From positions 22,777-86,776 of the forward strand of contig CAIXEA010000029.1 of the NCBI GenBank assembly GCA_903918315.1: a stretch of 64,000 nt of DNA, given 5' to 3'. The notes under the pieces are model-generated. The model made no database searches, was not told the DNA's origin, and saw nothing but the letters and a program-made list of their open reading frames with translations. Shown one piece after another: positions 1-7,065 of this stretch. The first letter of the stretch is position 1. Every line of letters starts with the position of its first letter. The DNA is from an uncultured Acetobacteraceae bacterium (GTDB taxonomy: Bacteria > Pseudomonadota > Alphaproteobacteria > Acetobacterales > Acetobacteraceae). The position numbers and the translations under genes were made by a program.

Positions 1-50
1 GTGCCTCCGGCCCTGACCGGCCGCAAGGGGACACAGCGAACCCTGTGGGC

Positions 51-701
51 TTATTGGCTGACCCAGACGATGCGGTGGACCCAGGCGACCTCATTGAGGT
101 CGAAACTGAAATCCGGGTGCAACGGATTGAGGCTTTTCAATTCGACCCGGCGCGCCGATCGGCGGGCGAGTTGCTTGGCCATGACAGCCCCCGCACTGGT
201 GCGCACCACGACCCGATCGCCGCGTCGAATGGGCGACGCCGGGGAGACGACGATCAAGTCACCGTCGCGATAGACCGGCTCCATCGAGTCGCCACTGATC
301 TCGAGCGCATAGGCGTTGGGGTCACCGACTTCCGGCAGACTCACCTCATCCCAGCCGCCCCCAACCGGGAAGCCGCCGTCATCGAAATAGCCCTCCGCCC
401 CTGCCTGGGCCATGCCGATGAGAGGCACGCGCCGGACCGCGCCGCGCGGCTGCGCATCGCGGCTGAGCGCGCGCGCGCCCGAAACCAGAGCGGTAAAGGA
501 TTCCAGGGACGCCCCCGTGGCGTTGAGCACCTTGGCTACGCTTTCGGTGCTGGGCCAGCGGGCGCGGCCGTCGGGCATACGCCGTTTGGACACATTGAAC
601 GTCGTTGGATCCAGGCCGGCCTGCTTGGCGAGACCGGAGGCTGACAGACCATATTCGGCTGCCAGCGTGTCGAGCGCGCGCCAGACATCTTCATGCTTCA
701 T
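51..701 (-). CDS. HTH + S24 peptidase autocleaving repressor (CI/LexA-like; probable RogA-family)
   Basis: N-terminal HTH (LSASGLAKQAGLDPTTFN...RWPSTES), Ala-Gly cleavage-type site (AQAGAEG), catalytic Ser (ISGDSMEP) and Lys (VMAKQL); near pyrD as recalled for other alphaproteobacteria. Confidence 0.9.
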   Translation of the reverse strand: MKHEDVWRALDTLAAEYGLSASGLAKQAGLDPTTFNVSKRRMPDGRARWPSTESVAKVLNATGASLESFTALVSGARALSRDAQPRGAVRRVPLIGMAQAGAEGYFDDGGFPVGGGWDEVSLPEVGDPNAYALEISGDSMEPVYRDGDLIVVSPASPIRRGDRVVVRTSAGAVMAKQLARRSARRVELKSLNPLHPDFSFDLNEVAWVHRIVWVSQ

Positions 702-737
702 CGGGTGGGACCCATCGGGAAGTGGTAGGGCATTGTG

Positions 738-767
738 ATAGGAAAAGGCGCCCGGTGGAATAGGAAA
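738..767. promoter_or_regulatory. Two ATAGGAAA direct repeats, 22-bp period; candidate repressor half-sites
   Basis: ATAGGAAA at 738-745 and 760-767 in the divergent intergenic region; the same TAGGAA core forms a palindrome at 1265-1278. Confidence 0.5.
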
Positions 768-809
768 TGATACTTTGATGTTGCCATAGTATGCAACCCG
801 TGGTTTAGT

Positions 810-824
810 GTTCTTTGTTCGTTC
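810..824 (+). promoter_or_regulatory. Alphaproteobacterial LexA (SOS) box GTTC-N7-GTTC
   Basis: GTTCtttgttcGTTC is an exact match; it lies just after a plausible TTGCCA(781)...TTTAGT/TAGTGT promoter, 35 nt before the ATG at 859. Confidence 0.75.
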
Positions 825-858
825 TCATCTCATTCATCCCATTACAGGAGACGTCCCC

Positions 859-1260
859 ATGGCAACAGCCGCCCAACGCCAAGCGCTCCCCGGATCCACC
901 TCCATCAGAGCCGCGCATCGCGTTGCGCTGAGCGAGCGGACGCAGCCATTTCGCTCCGCGGAAGAGGCCTGGCTGTGGACCATGGGCGCACTGATCGCCC
1001 GGCGCGATGGCACCCGGACCTCATCCAGCCATGGCCGCATCGGCCGCCCCTGTGAGCCCGACGACATCGTCAAGAGCCTCGATGGGCTTTACCGTCAGCG
1101 CCGGATCGACCTCGTGCACGCCCGTATCCTGCGAATCTGGGGTGAGCGCGGGCATGCGCCCGATCCGTCCCACGGCATGGAGCGCGGCGATTGGAAGCTT
1201 TGGAAGGAGGCGTTGGATCGGTTGGAATGGCCGTTGCGGGTGAAGGGGATTGTGTCATAA
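859..1260 (+). CDS. Hypothetical 133-aa protein, possible phage Q/GafZ-like antiterminator
   Basis: AGGAG RBS at 846-850, ATG at 859; motifs EEAWLW, RPCEPDD, HARILRIWG and LWKEALDRLEWPL resemble the layout of Q-family proteins by eye; function is inference. Confidence 0.7.
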   Translation: MATAAQRQALPGSTSIRAAHRVALSERTQPFRSAEEAWLWTMGALIARRDGTRTSSSHGRIGRPCEPDDIVKSLDGLYRQRRIDLVHARILRIWGERGHAPDPSHGMERGDWKLWKEALDRLEWPLRVKGIVS

Positions 1261-1264
1261 TATT

Positions 1265-1278
1265 TTCCTAATTAGGAA
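1265..1278. promoter_or_regulatory. Perfect 14-bp palindrome TTCCTAATTAGGAA (operator candidate)
   Basis: Self-complementary; ends 8 nt upstream of TTGACA at 1287. Confidence 0.65.
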
Positions 1279-1286
1279 TTTTTACA

Positions 1287-1316
1287 TTGACAATCGATCC
1301 ATATCGCCATTAAGGT
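1287..1316 (+). promoter_or_regulatory. sigma70-type promoter TTGACA-N18-TAAGGT
   Basis: Perfect -35 at 1287-1292; TAnnnT -10 at 1311-1316. Confidence 0.55.
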
Positions 1317-1322
1317 TCCCCT

Positions 1323-1407
1323 CGTCAACGGGACGATTCCGTCCAGAGACAACCGCCATTCCTCCACCATCCTCAAAAGCCGCCCCTTTAGGGGGCGGCT
1401 TTTTTTT
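1323..1407 (+). ncRNA. Candidate ~85-nt short transcript (sRNA or attenuated leader)
   Basis: Bounded by the promoter and a strong terminator; alternative hairpins TCGTC/GACGA vs GGACG/CGTCC; C/U-rich CATTCCTCC segment. Confidence 0.4.
1375..1407 (+). terminator. Intrinsic terminator
   Basis: AAAAGCCGCCCC-TTTAG-GGGGCGGCTTTT stem followed by a T8 run (1400-1407). Confidence 0.85.
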
Positions 1408-1425
1408 ATCCGAAAGGGTCCCACC

Positions 1426-1662
1426 ATGGCTTTCGCGGTACGCAACCTCTCCGTCCTCAGCTACGCTAACGGATTTACGCTGTGGCACTACAAGGCCGGC
1501 AAGGATGCCCTGGCCGTGGTGAGCGGGGATAATTATTTCGCCGATGCGTCGGACATGCTCACCGCCGGCGACCTGCTGATGCTGACCGCGGCAGACGGCG
1601 CGCGCATCGTCGCGGTCGCCTTGTCCGACATTCAGACCGTTCTGACGGCGTCGCTGGCCTGA
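1426..1662 (+). CDS. Small conserved hypothetical protein (YANGFTLWHY family), possible phage virion/head-decoration-type protein
   Basis: GAAAGGG RBS; 78 aa with LSVLSYANGFTLWHY and NYFADASDMLTAGDL motifs; the phage association is recalled, not searched. Confidence 0.75.
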   Translation: MAFAVRNLSVLSYANGFTLWHYKAGKDALAVVSGDNYFADASDMLTAGDLLMLTAADGARIVAVALSDIQTVLTASLA

Positions 1663-1710
1663 CCTCCAGGCTGGCGGATATTTGAGTTTGGCTTTTTCAG
1701 GGTTTCCATT

Positions 1711-2472
1711 TTGGTTGAATTTTTGACCGTCGTTCGGACGGTGATGACCCTGCTGGCCGGCCTGCGACGGCCGGCCAGACAGGTATTTCTGCAACCGCTG
1801 CTGACCGTTTTCTTGCTGACGAGCTTCAACGCCGCACTGCATATCGCTCGGGAATCGAGCGTCGTGGACGGACTCCGGGTCGCGTTTCTGGATAGTGAGG
1901 CGTCCCGCGTTCAGCGCGCCAGAGAGGCCGACAACATGACGTTACAGGCCGAACTCCGGCATTTTGTCGACTCGAATCGGGTGATCGGGCAGTTGCTGGA
2001 TACAATTCTGCAACGCATGCCCGATGCCGCCCGGGTCCGCCTGGACGTCATCCATAATGGTGTCGTCGGCCTGAACGGTACCGGATTGCTCCGCTACGAC
2101 GTGGTTCATGCGGTCGCGGCGCCGGGTCGCGCGCCTGATCCATTGGTACAAAACCAGCCTATGGCGGACTGGGCGGATACCCTGCCCGCCTTGCTGGCCG
2201 GCCAATGCGTGCTGCGGCAGACGGAACTGCTGCATAACCAGCAAATGCGGGCCCGGCTGGCCGGGATGGCGGTTGGCACCTTGCTCGCTTGTCCGGTCGC
2301 CGACGTGCAAGGCCGGCTGCTCGGCGCGGTACTGATCATGTGGGACCTCAGCGATCCAACCCCGGCCGGGGCCCAGCTCGCACCGCTGATGCTGCTGGGC
2401 CAGCAGATCGGGGCGCAGATCGCGGCGATCCTTGACCTGCGGGGGCCGCCGCCCTGGCCCCCGGCGGGGTAG
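1711..2472 (+). CDS. Single-TM protein with C-terminal GAF-like domain (T4 holin T-like architecture); start uncertain (1711 TTG, 1741 GTG or 1744 ATG)
   Basis: Basic N-terminus, hydrophobic segment, helical linker, GAF-type LLACPVADVQGRLLGAVLIMWD. Confidence 0.7.
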   Translation: MVEFLTVVRTVMTLLAGLRRPARQVFLQPLLTVFLLTSFNAALHIARESSVVDGLRVAFLDSEASRVQRAREADNMTLQAELRHFVDSNRVIGQLLDTILQRMPDAARVRLDVIHNGVVGLNGTGLLRYDVVHAVAAPGRAPDPLVQNQPMADWADTLPALLAGQCVLRQTELLHNQQMRARLAGMAVGTLLACPVADVQGRLLGAVLIMWDLSDPTPAGAQLAPLMLLGQQIGAQIAAILDLRGPPPWPPAG

Positions 2473-2567
2473 AATACAGCTCTTGTTATCGTTATCATGA
2501 CGCCTATAACGGCGCGAATCGCGTAACCCTTCCGCACGCCGCGTTACAGAGGCATAACTTCGAACTT

Positions 2568-3632
2568 ATGACCCCTGCCCTCGCATCCGCCCTGTTGCCC
2601 CTGCTGCGCCGCCTCGATCCAGAGGATGCTCATAAGCTTGCCCTGCATGCGTTACGCTGGGGCCTGGCCGGGCGCGTGACCGCACCCGACGATCCCGTGC
2701 TTGCCGTCACGGTGCTCGGGCGTACCTTCGCCAATCCCATCGGCCTGGCTGCCGGGTTCGACAAAGATGCCGTGGCCGCCGGCGCGCTCATGCGGCTGGG
2801 CTTCGGTTTCGTCGAAACCGGCACGGTCACGCCCGTGCCGCAAGCCGGCAACACCCGTCCCCGCCTGTTCCGGCTGGACCCGGATCGCGCGGTCATCAAC
2901 CGGATGGGTTTCAACAATGGCGGGCTCGCGGTCTATCTTGATAATCTGGAGCGTCTGCACAGCCGGACCGTGCCCTTGGGGGCCAATGTCGGCATCAATA
3001 AGGAAGGGGCAGACCCGGAACGCGATTACCCGCTCCTGATCAAAGCCGTTGCGCCGCATGCCGATTACGTGGTGATCAACGTCTCATCCCCCAACACGCC
3101 GGGCTTACGGGATCTGCAAAGCGAAGAACGGCTGCGCGCTATCCTCCAGGCGGTCGCGACCGTCATCGAACGACCGCCCTTGCTGGTCAAGGTCGCCCCG
3201 GACTTGTCGGACGCGGGCCTGCAAGCGGTGGTGGAGACCTGCGTCGCCGAGGGTGTGCAAGGGTTGATCGTCGGCAATACTACGATCTCCCGCCCCGCCG
3301 GGTTGGTCTCACCGTTGATCCGCAAGGATGGCGGCTTGTCCGGTGCGCCGCTGCTGCCCTTGTCCACCCGGATGCTGGCCAGGGCTTTCCTGCTCTCCCG
3401 CGGGCGGTTGACGCTCATCGGTGCCGGCGGGGTCTTCAGCGGGAAGGACGCAATGCTGAAGATTCGGGCCGGGGCTTCCTTGGTTCAGCTGTACACGGGC
3501 TTCGCCTATCAGGGTCCGGCACTGATTCCGCGGCTGAAGGCAGACCTGGCCGCCGAACTGAAATCAGTGGGCTTTCAACGGCTTCAAGACGCCGTCGGCA
3601 CCGACGCGCAGGCATTGGCGGAGTACGCGTAA
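2568..3632 (+). CDS. pyrD: Quinone-dependent dihydroorotate dehydrogenase
   Basis: NPIGLAAGFDK, NRMGFNN, NVSSPNTPGLR and GGLSG motifs. Confidence 0.97.
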   Translation: MTPALASALLPLLRRLDPEDAHKLALHALRWGLAGRVTAPDDPVLAVTVLGRTFANPIGLAAGFDKDAVAAGALMRLGFGFVETGTVTPVPQAGNTRPRLFRLDPDRAVINRMGFNNGGLAVYLDNLERLHSRTVPLGANVGINKEGADPERDYPLLIKAVAPHADYVVINVSSPNTPGLRDLQSEERLRAILQAVATVIERPPLLVKVAPDLSDAGLQAVVETCVAEGVQGLIVGNTTISRPAGLVSPLIRKDGGLSGAPLLPLSTRMLARAFLLSRGRLTLIGAGGVFSGKDAMLKIRAGASLVQLYTGFAYQGPALIPRLKADLAAELKSVGFQRLQDAVGTDAQALAEYA

Positions 3633-4499
3633 ATGGAACATCTCTCCGGGTTCGCCACGCTGGCGCAGCGTTATGACGGATTCGTTCTGGACCTCTGGGG
3701 GGTGATCCATGACGGGGTCAATGCCTTCCCGCATGCAGTCGAGACGCTCGGCCATTTGCGGGCCGCCGGCAAGCGCACCTTGCTGCTCTCCAACGTCCCC
3801 CGCCCGAACGACGCCGTGCGCTCGATGATGCGCCGCATGGGGATCGAGGACACACTCTACACCGACATCCTGACCAGCGGCGAAGCCGTCCGCCGAGCAC
3901 TGATCACCCCGCCCGATCTGTGGTGGGCGCAGTTGGGACAGCGGGTCTACCATCTGGGGCCGGAGCGTGATCGCCCGGTGCTGGAAGGCCTGAAACTGAC
4001 CATCGCCGACACCCCCGCGGAGGCCGATTTCGTGCTGAACACCGGCCCGGACGATCACCGCAATCCCAGCGACATCGCCGAATTCGAAGACACGTTGCAG
4101 GCCTGTTGGGAACACCGATTGAAGATGATCTGCGCCAACCCGGATCTGGTGGTGATACGCGGCGGCGTGCGCGTGCTCTGCGCCGGATCGCTGGCGGAGC
4201 GGTATCGCGAACTCGGCGGCGATATCCGCAGCCTCGGCAAGCCCGATCCCGCCGTTTACCAGCCGGTGTTACAGCAATTGGGCATGCCGCCGGAGCGGGT
4301 GCTCGCCGTCGGGGACTCGCTGCGCACCGACATCGCCGGCGCGACGGGTGTGGGTCTGGCGTCCTGCTGGGTGCTGGATGGCATTCACGGTGCGGATCTG
4401 GCTGACGGCCGGGGCGGCTTCGATCCGGCGAAGACTGAGGCCGCGGCCCGCGCCGCCGGCATGCAACCGGTCGCCACGCTGCCGAAATTCATCTGGTAA
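3633..4499 (+). CDS. HAD-superfamily IIA hydrolase (TIGR01459-like)
   Basis: DLWGVIHDG, LGKP and GDSLRTDI motifs; ATG directly follows the pyrD stop. Confidence 0.9.
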   Translation: MEHLSGFATLAQRYDGFVLDLWGVIHDGVNAFPHAVETLGHLRAAGKRTLLLSNVPRPNDAVRSMMRRMGIEDTLYTDILTSGEAVRRALITPPDLWWAQLGQRVYHLGPERDRPVLEGLKLTIADTPAEADFVLNTGPDDHRNPSDIAEFEDTLQACWEHRLKMICANPDLVVIRGGVRVLCAGSLAERYRELGGDIRSLGKPDPAVYQPVLQQLGMPPERVLAVGDSLRTDIAGATGVGLASCWVLDGIHGADLADGRGGFDPAKTEAAARAAGMQPVATLPKFIW

Positions 4500-4527
4500 G
4501 ACCAATACAAAAACAGGGGAAACGTCC

Positions 4528-6273
4528 GTGTCCGAACAATCGCCTCGCAAGACAGCAGATCAGTTACGCTCCGCACGTTGGTTCGGCCCAGCGGATTTGC
4601 GGTCGTTCGGGCATCGCTCCCGCGCCATGCAGATGGGGTACGCGCCGGAGGAATGGACCGGCAAGCCAGTGATCGCCATCGTCAACACCTGGTCCGATCT
4701 GCAACCGTGCCACAGCCATTTCAAGCAGCGCGTCGATGACGTGAAGCGCGGCATCCTGATGGCGGGCGGATTCCCGGTGGAACTGCCGGCGCTGTCGGTG
4801 TCGGAAAGCTTCGTCAAGCCGACGACCATGATGTACCGCAACATGCTGGCGATGGAGACCGAAGAACTGTTACGCTCCCACCCCGTCGATGGCGCGGTGC
4901 TGATGGGCGGCTGCGATAAAACCACGCCGGGCCTGCTGCTGGGCGCGACCAGTATGAACATCCCGACCATCTTCCTGCCAGCCGGGCCGATGCTGCGGGG
5001 CAATTTCCAGGGGAAATTCCTCGGCTCTGGCTCTGATAGCTGGAAATACTGGGACGAACTGCGCGCCGGCAAGATCACCGACAAGGAATGGCTCGGGGTC
5101 GAGCAGGGCATCGCCCGGTCCTACGGCACCTGCATGACCATGGGCACCGCCAGCACGATGACCGCGATCGCGGAAGCCGTGGGCATGGTGCTGCCGGGTG
5201 GGTCGAGCGTTCCCGCCGCCGATGCGGGCCATATCCGTTTGGCCTCGGAATCCGGCCGCCGCATCGTCGAAATGGTATGGGAGGATCTGACCCCGCAGCG
5301 CATCCAGACCCACGCCGCGTTCGAGAATGCGATCGCGGTCGCTATGGCAATGGGCTGCTCCACCAATGCCATCATCCATCTCATCGCCATGGCGCGCCGC
5401 GCCGGCCTCGAGATCGGCCTCGCTGATTTCGAGCGCTACAGCCGCAAGGTTCCCGTCATCGGCAATGTCCGCCCCACCGGCAAGGCCTACCTGATGGAGG
5501 ATTTCTACTATGCCGGCGGCATCTGCGCGCTGATGAACAACATCCGCGAACATCTCCACCTCGACTGCCTGACCGTTACCGGCAAAACGATCGGGGACAA
5601 TATCGCGGGCGCGCAGGTCTTCAACGCCGATGTCATCCGCGGCCTCGACAACCCAATCTACGCCGAGGGCTCGCTGGCGGTGCTGACGGGCAACCTCGCT
5701 CCCGATGGTTGCGTCATCAAGCCGGCGGCGATGGAGGAACGCTTCCTGAAGCATTCCGGCCCGGCGGTGGTGTTCGACGATTACCCGTCGATGAAGAAGG
5801 CGGTCGAGGACGAGAGCTACCCCTTCACCCCCGACAGCGTGCTGGTGCTGCGCAACGCCGGGCCGCAGGGCGGGCCGGGCATGCCGGAATGGGGCATGCT
5901 GCCGATGCCGAAAAAGCTGCTGAAGGAAGGCTACCGCGACATGCTGCGGATGTCGGACGCGCGGATGTCCGGGACCTCCTACGGCGCCTGCATCCTGCAT
6001 GTCGCGCCGGAAAGCTATGTCGGCGGACCGTTGGGGCTGCTGCGCACGGGTGACATCGTCACCATCGACGTGGATGCGCGGTCGATCCGGATGGAAGTGT
6101 CCGACGAGGAACTCGCCGAACGCCGTGCCGCCTGGGTCAAGCCGGAGGTGCGGTTCGAGCGTGGCTATGGCTATGTCTACACCAAGCATATCCAGCAGGC
6201 GAATGAGGGTTGCGATTTCGATTTCCTGCGCACCGATTTCGGTGCACCGGTCGCCGAACCCGCGATTTACTGA
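4528..6273 (+). CDS. araD: IlvD/Edd-family sugar-acid dehydratase, L-arabinonate dehydratase-like
   Basis: GTG start; LRSARWFG...GHRSR, GGCDKT, GTCMTMGTAS and SDARMSGTSYG motifs. Confidence 0.8.
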   Translation: MSEQSPRKTADQLRSARWFGPADLRSFGHRSRAMQMGYAPEEWTGKPVIAIVNTWSDLQPCHSHFKQRVDDVKRGILMAGGFPVELPALSVSESFVKPTTMMYRNMLAMETEELLRSHPVDGAVLMGGCDKTTPGLLLGATSMNIPTIFLPAGPMLRGNFQGKFLGSGSDSWKYWDELRAGKITDKEWLGVEQGIARSYGTCMTMGTASTMTAIAEAVGMVLPGGSSVPAADAGHIRLASESGRRIVEMVWEDLTPQRIQTHAAFENAIAVAMAMGCSTNAIIHLIAMARRAGLEIGLADFERYSRKVPVIGNVRPTGKAYLMEDFYYAGGICALMNNIREHLHLDCLTVTGKTIGDNIAGAQVFNADVIRGLDNPIYAEGSLAVLTGNLAPDGCVIKPAAMEERFLKHSGPAVVFDDYPSMKKAVEDESYPFTPDSVLVLRNAGPQGGPGMPEWGMLPMPKKLLKEGYRDMLRMSDARMSGTSYGACILHVAPESYVGGPLGLLRTGDIVTIDVDARSIRMEVSDEELAERRAAWVKPEVRFERGYGYVYTKHIQQANEGCDFDFLRTDFGAPVAEPAIY

Positions 6274-6285
6274 GGAACACCGGCC

Positions 6286-7008
6286 ATGACCAAACTCAGT
6301 GACGCCACTCGCGACAAACTCAAAGGCGTCAGCACCGCGACGCTGGCCAGCGCGCTTTACAAGCGCGGCCTGCGCATCCAGATGATCCAGGATGTGCGGC
6401 CCCTCAGCGCCCCGAAAAACGGCAGCATGGTGGGGGAGGCCTATACCCTCCGCTACATGCCGGCACGTGAAGACCTCAATCCCATGACCGTCTTCCGCGA
6501 CCATACGCACCCGCAGCGCCGCGCAGTGGAAGAATGCCCGCCCGGTGCGGTCCTGGTGATGGACAGCCGCAAGGATCCGCGCGCGGCCTCCGCCGGCGGG
6601 ATCCTGGTCACCCGGCTGATGATGCGCGGCGAGGCCGGGGTGGTGACCGATGGTGGGTTCCGGGATTCCACGGAAATCGCCGGGCTGGACATTCCTTCCT
6701 ACCATAACCGCCCCTCCGCCCCGACCAATCTGACGCTGCATCAGGCAATCGAGATCAACGTCCCCATCGGCTGTGGCGACGCCCCGGTCTTCCCGGGCGA
6801 CGTGATGGTGGGCGATGGCGACGGCGTGATCGTCATCCCCGCGCATCTAGCCGACGAAATCGCCGAGGAGGCGGTGGAGATGACCGCGTTCGAGGATTTC
6901 GTCACCGAACGCGTCCGCGCAGGCGCCAAAACCATCGGGCTGTATCCGCCAACGGATCCGGCCAGCCTCGAGGCCTTCGAGGTTTGGCGGAATCAGAACA
7001 AGCGGTAG
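6286..7008 (+). CDS. RraA-like / HMG-CHA aldolase family protein
   Basis: GVVTDGGFRD and VFPGDVMVGDGDGVIVIP motifs. Confidence 0.85.
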   Translation: MTKLSDATRDKLKGVSTATLASALYKRGLRIQMIQDVRPLSAPKNGSMVGEAYTLRYMPAREDLNPMTVFRDHTHPQRRAVEECPPGAVLVMDSRKDPRAASAGGILVTRLMMRGEAGVVTDGGFRDSTEIAGLDIPSYHNRPSAPTNLTLHQAIEINVPIGCGDAPVFPGDVMVGDGDGVIVIPAHLADEIAEEAVEMTAFEDFVTERVRAGAKTIGLYPPTDPASLEAFEVWRNQNKR

Positions 7009-7065
7009 GCTGCGGCGCTCACAGCAATCGGCAGGCTGACCGTCCGCGGCCCGCCTGCCGGAGTC

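Noticed and set aside
1282-1842. 186-aa minus-strand ORF across the sRNA and terminator region
   Set aside because: Antisense to two supported genes and runs through the terminator; no homology cues
51-2472. Intact prophage
   Set aside because: No integrase, terminase, portal, major capsid, tail genes or att repeats; flanked directly by pyrD
2473-2567. Cluster of GTTA/TAAC motifs upstream of pyrD
   Set aside because: Spacings are irregular and match no consensus I can name; too weak to call
4870-6846. Long antisense ORFs (also 8121..9341, 14938..16806, 21436..22779, 38020..39153 and similar)
   Set aside because: Shadow frames of well-supported genes, expected in high-GC DNA; no motifs
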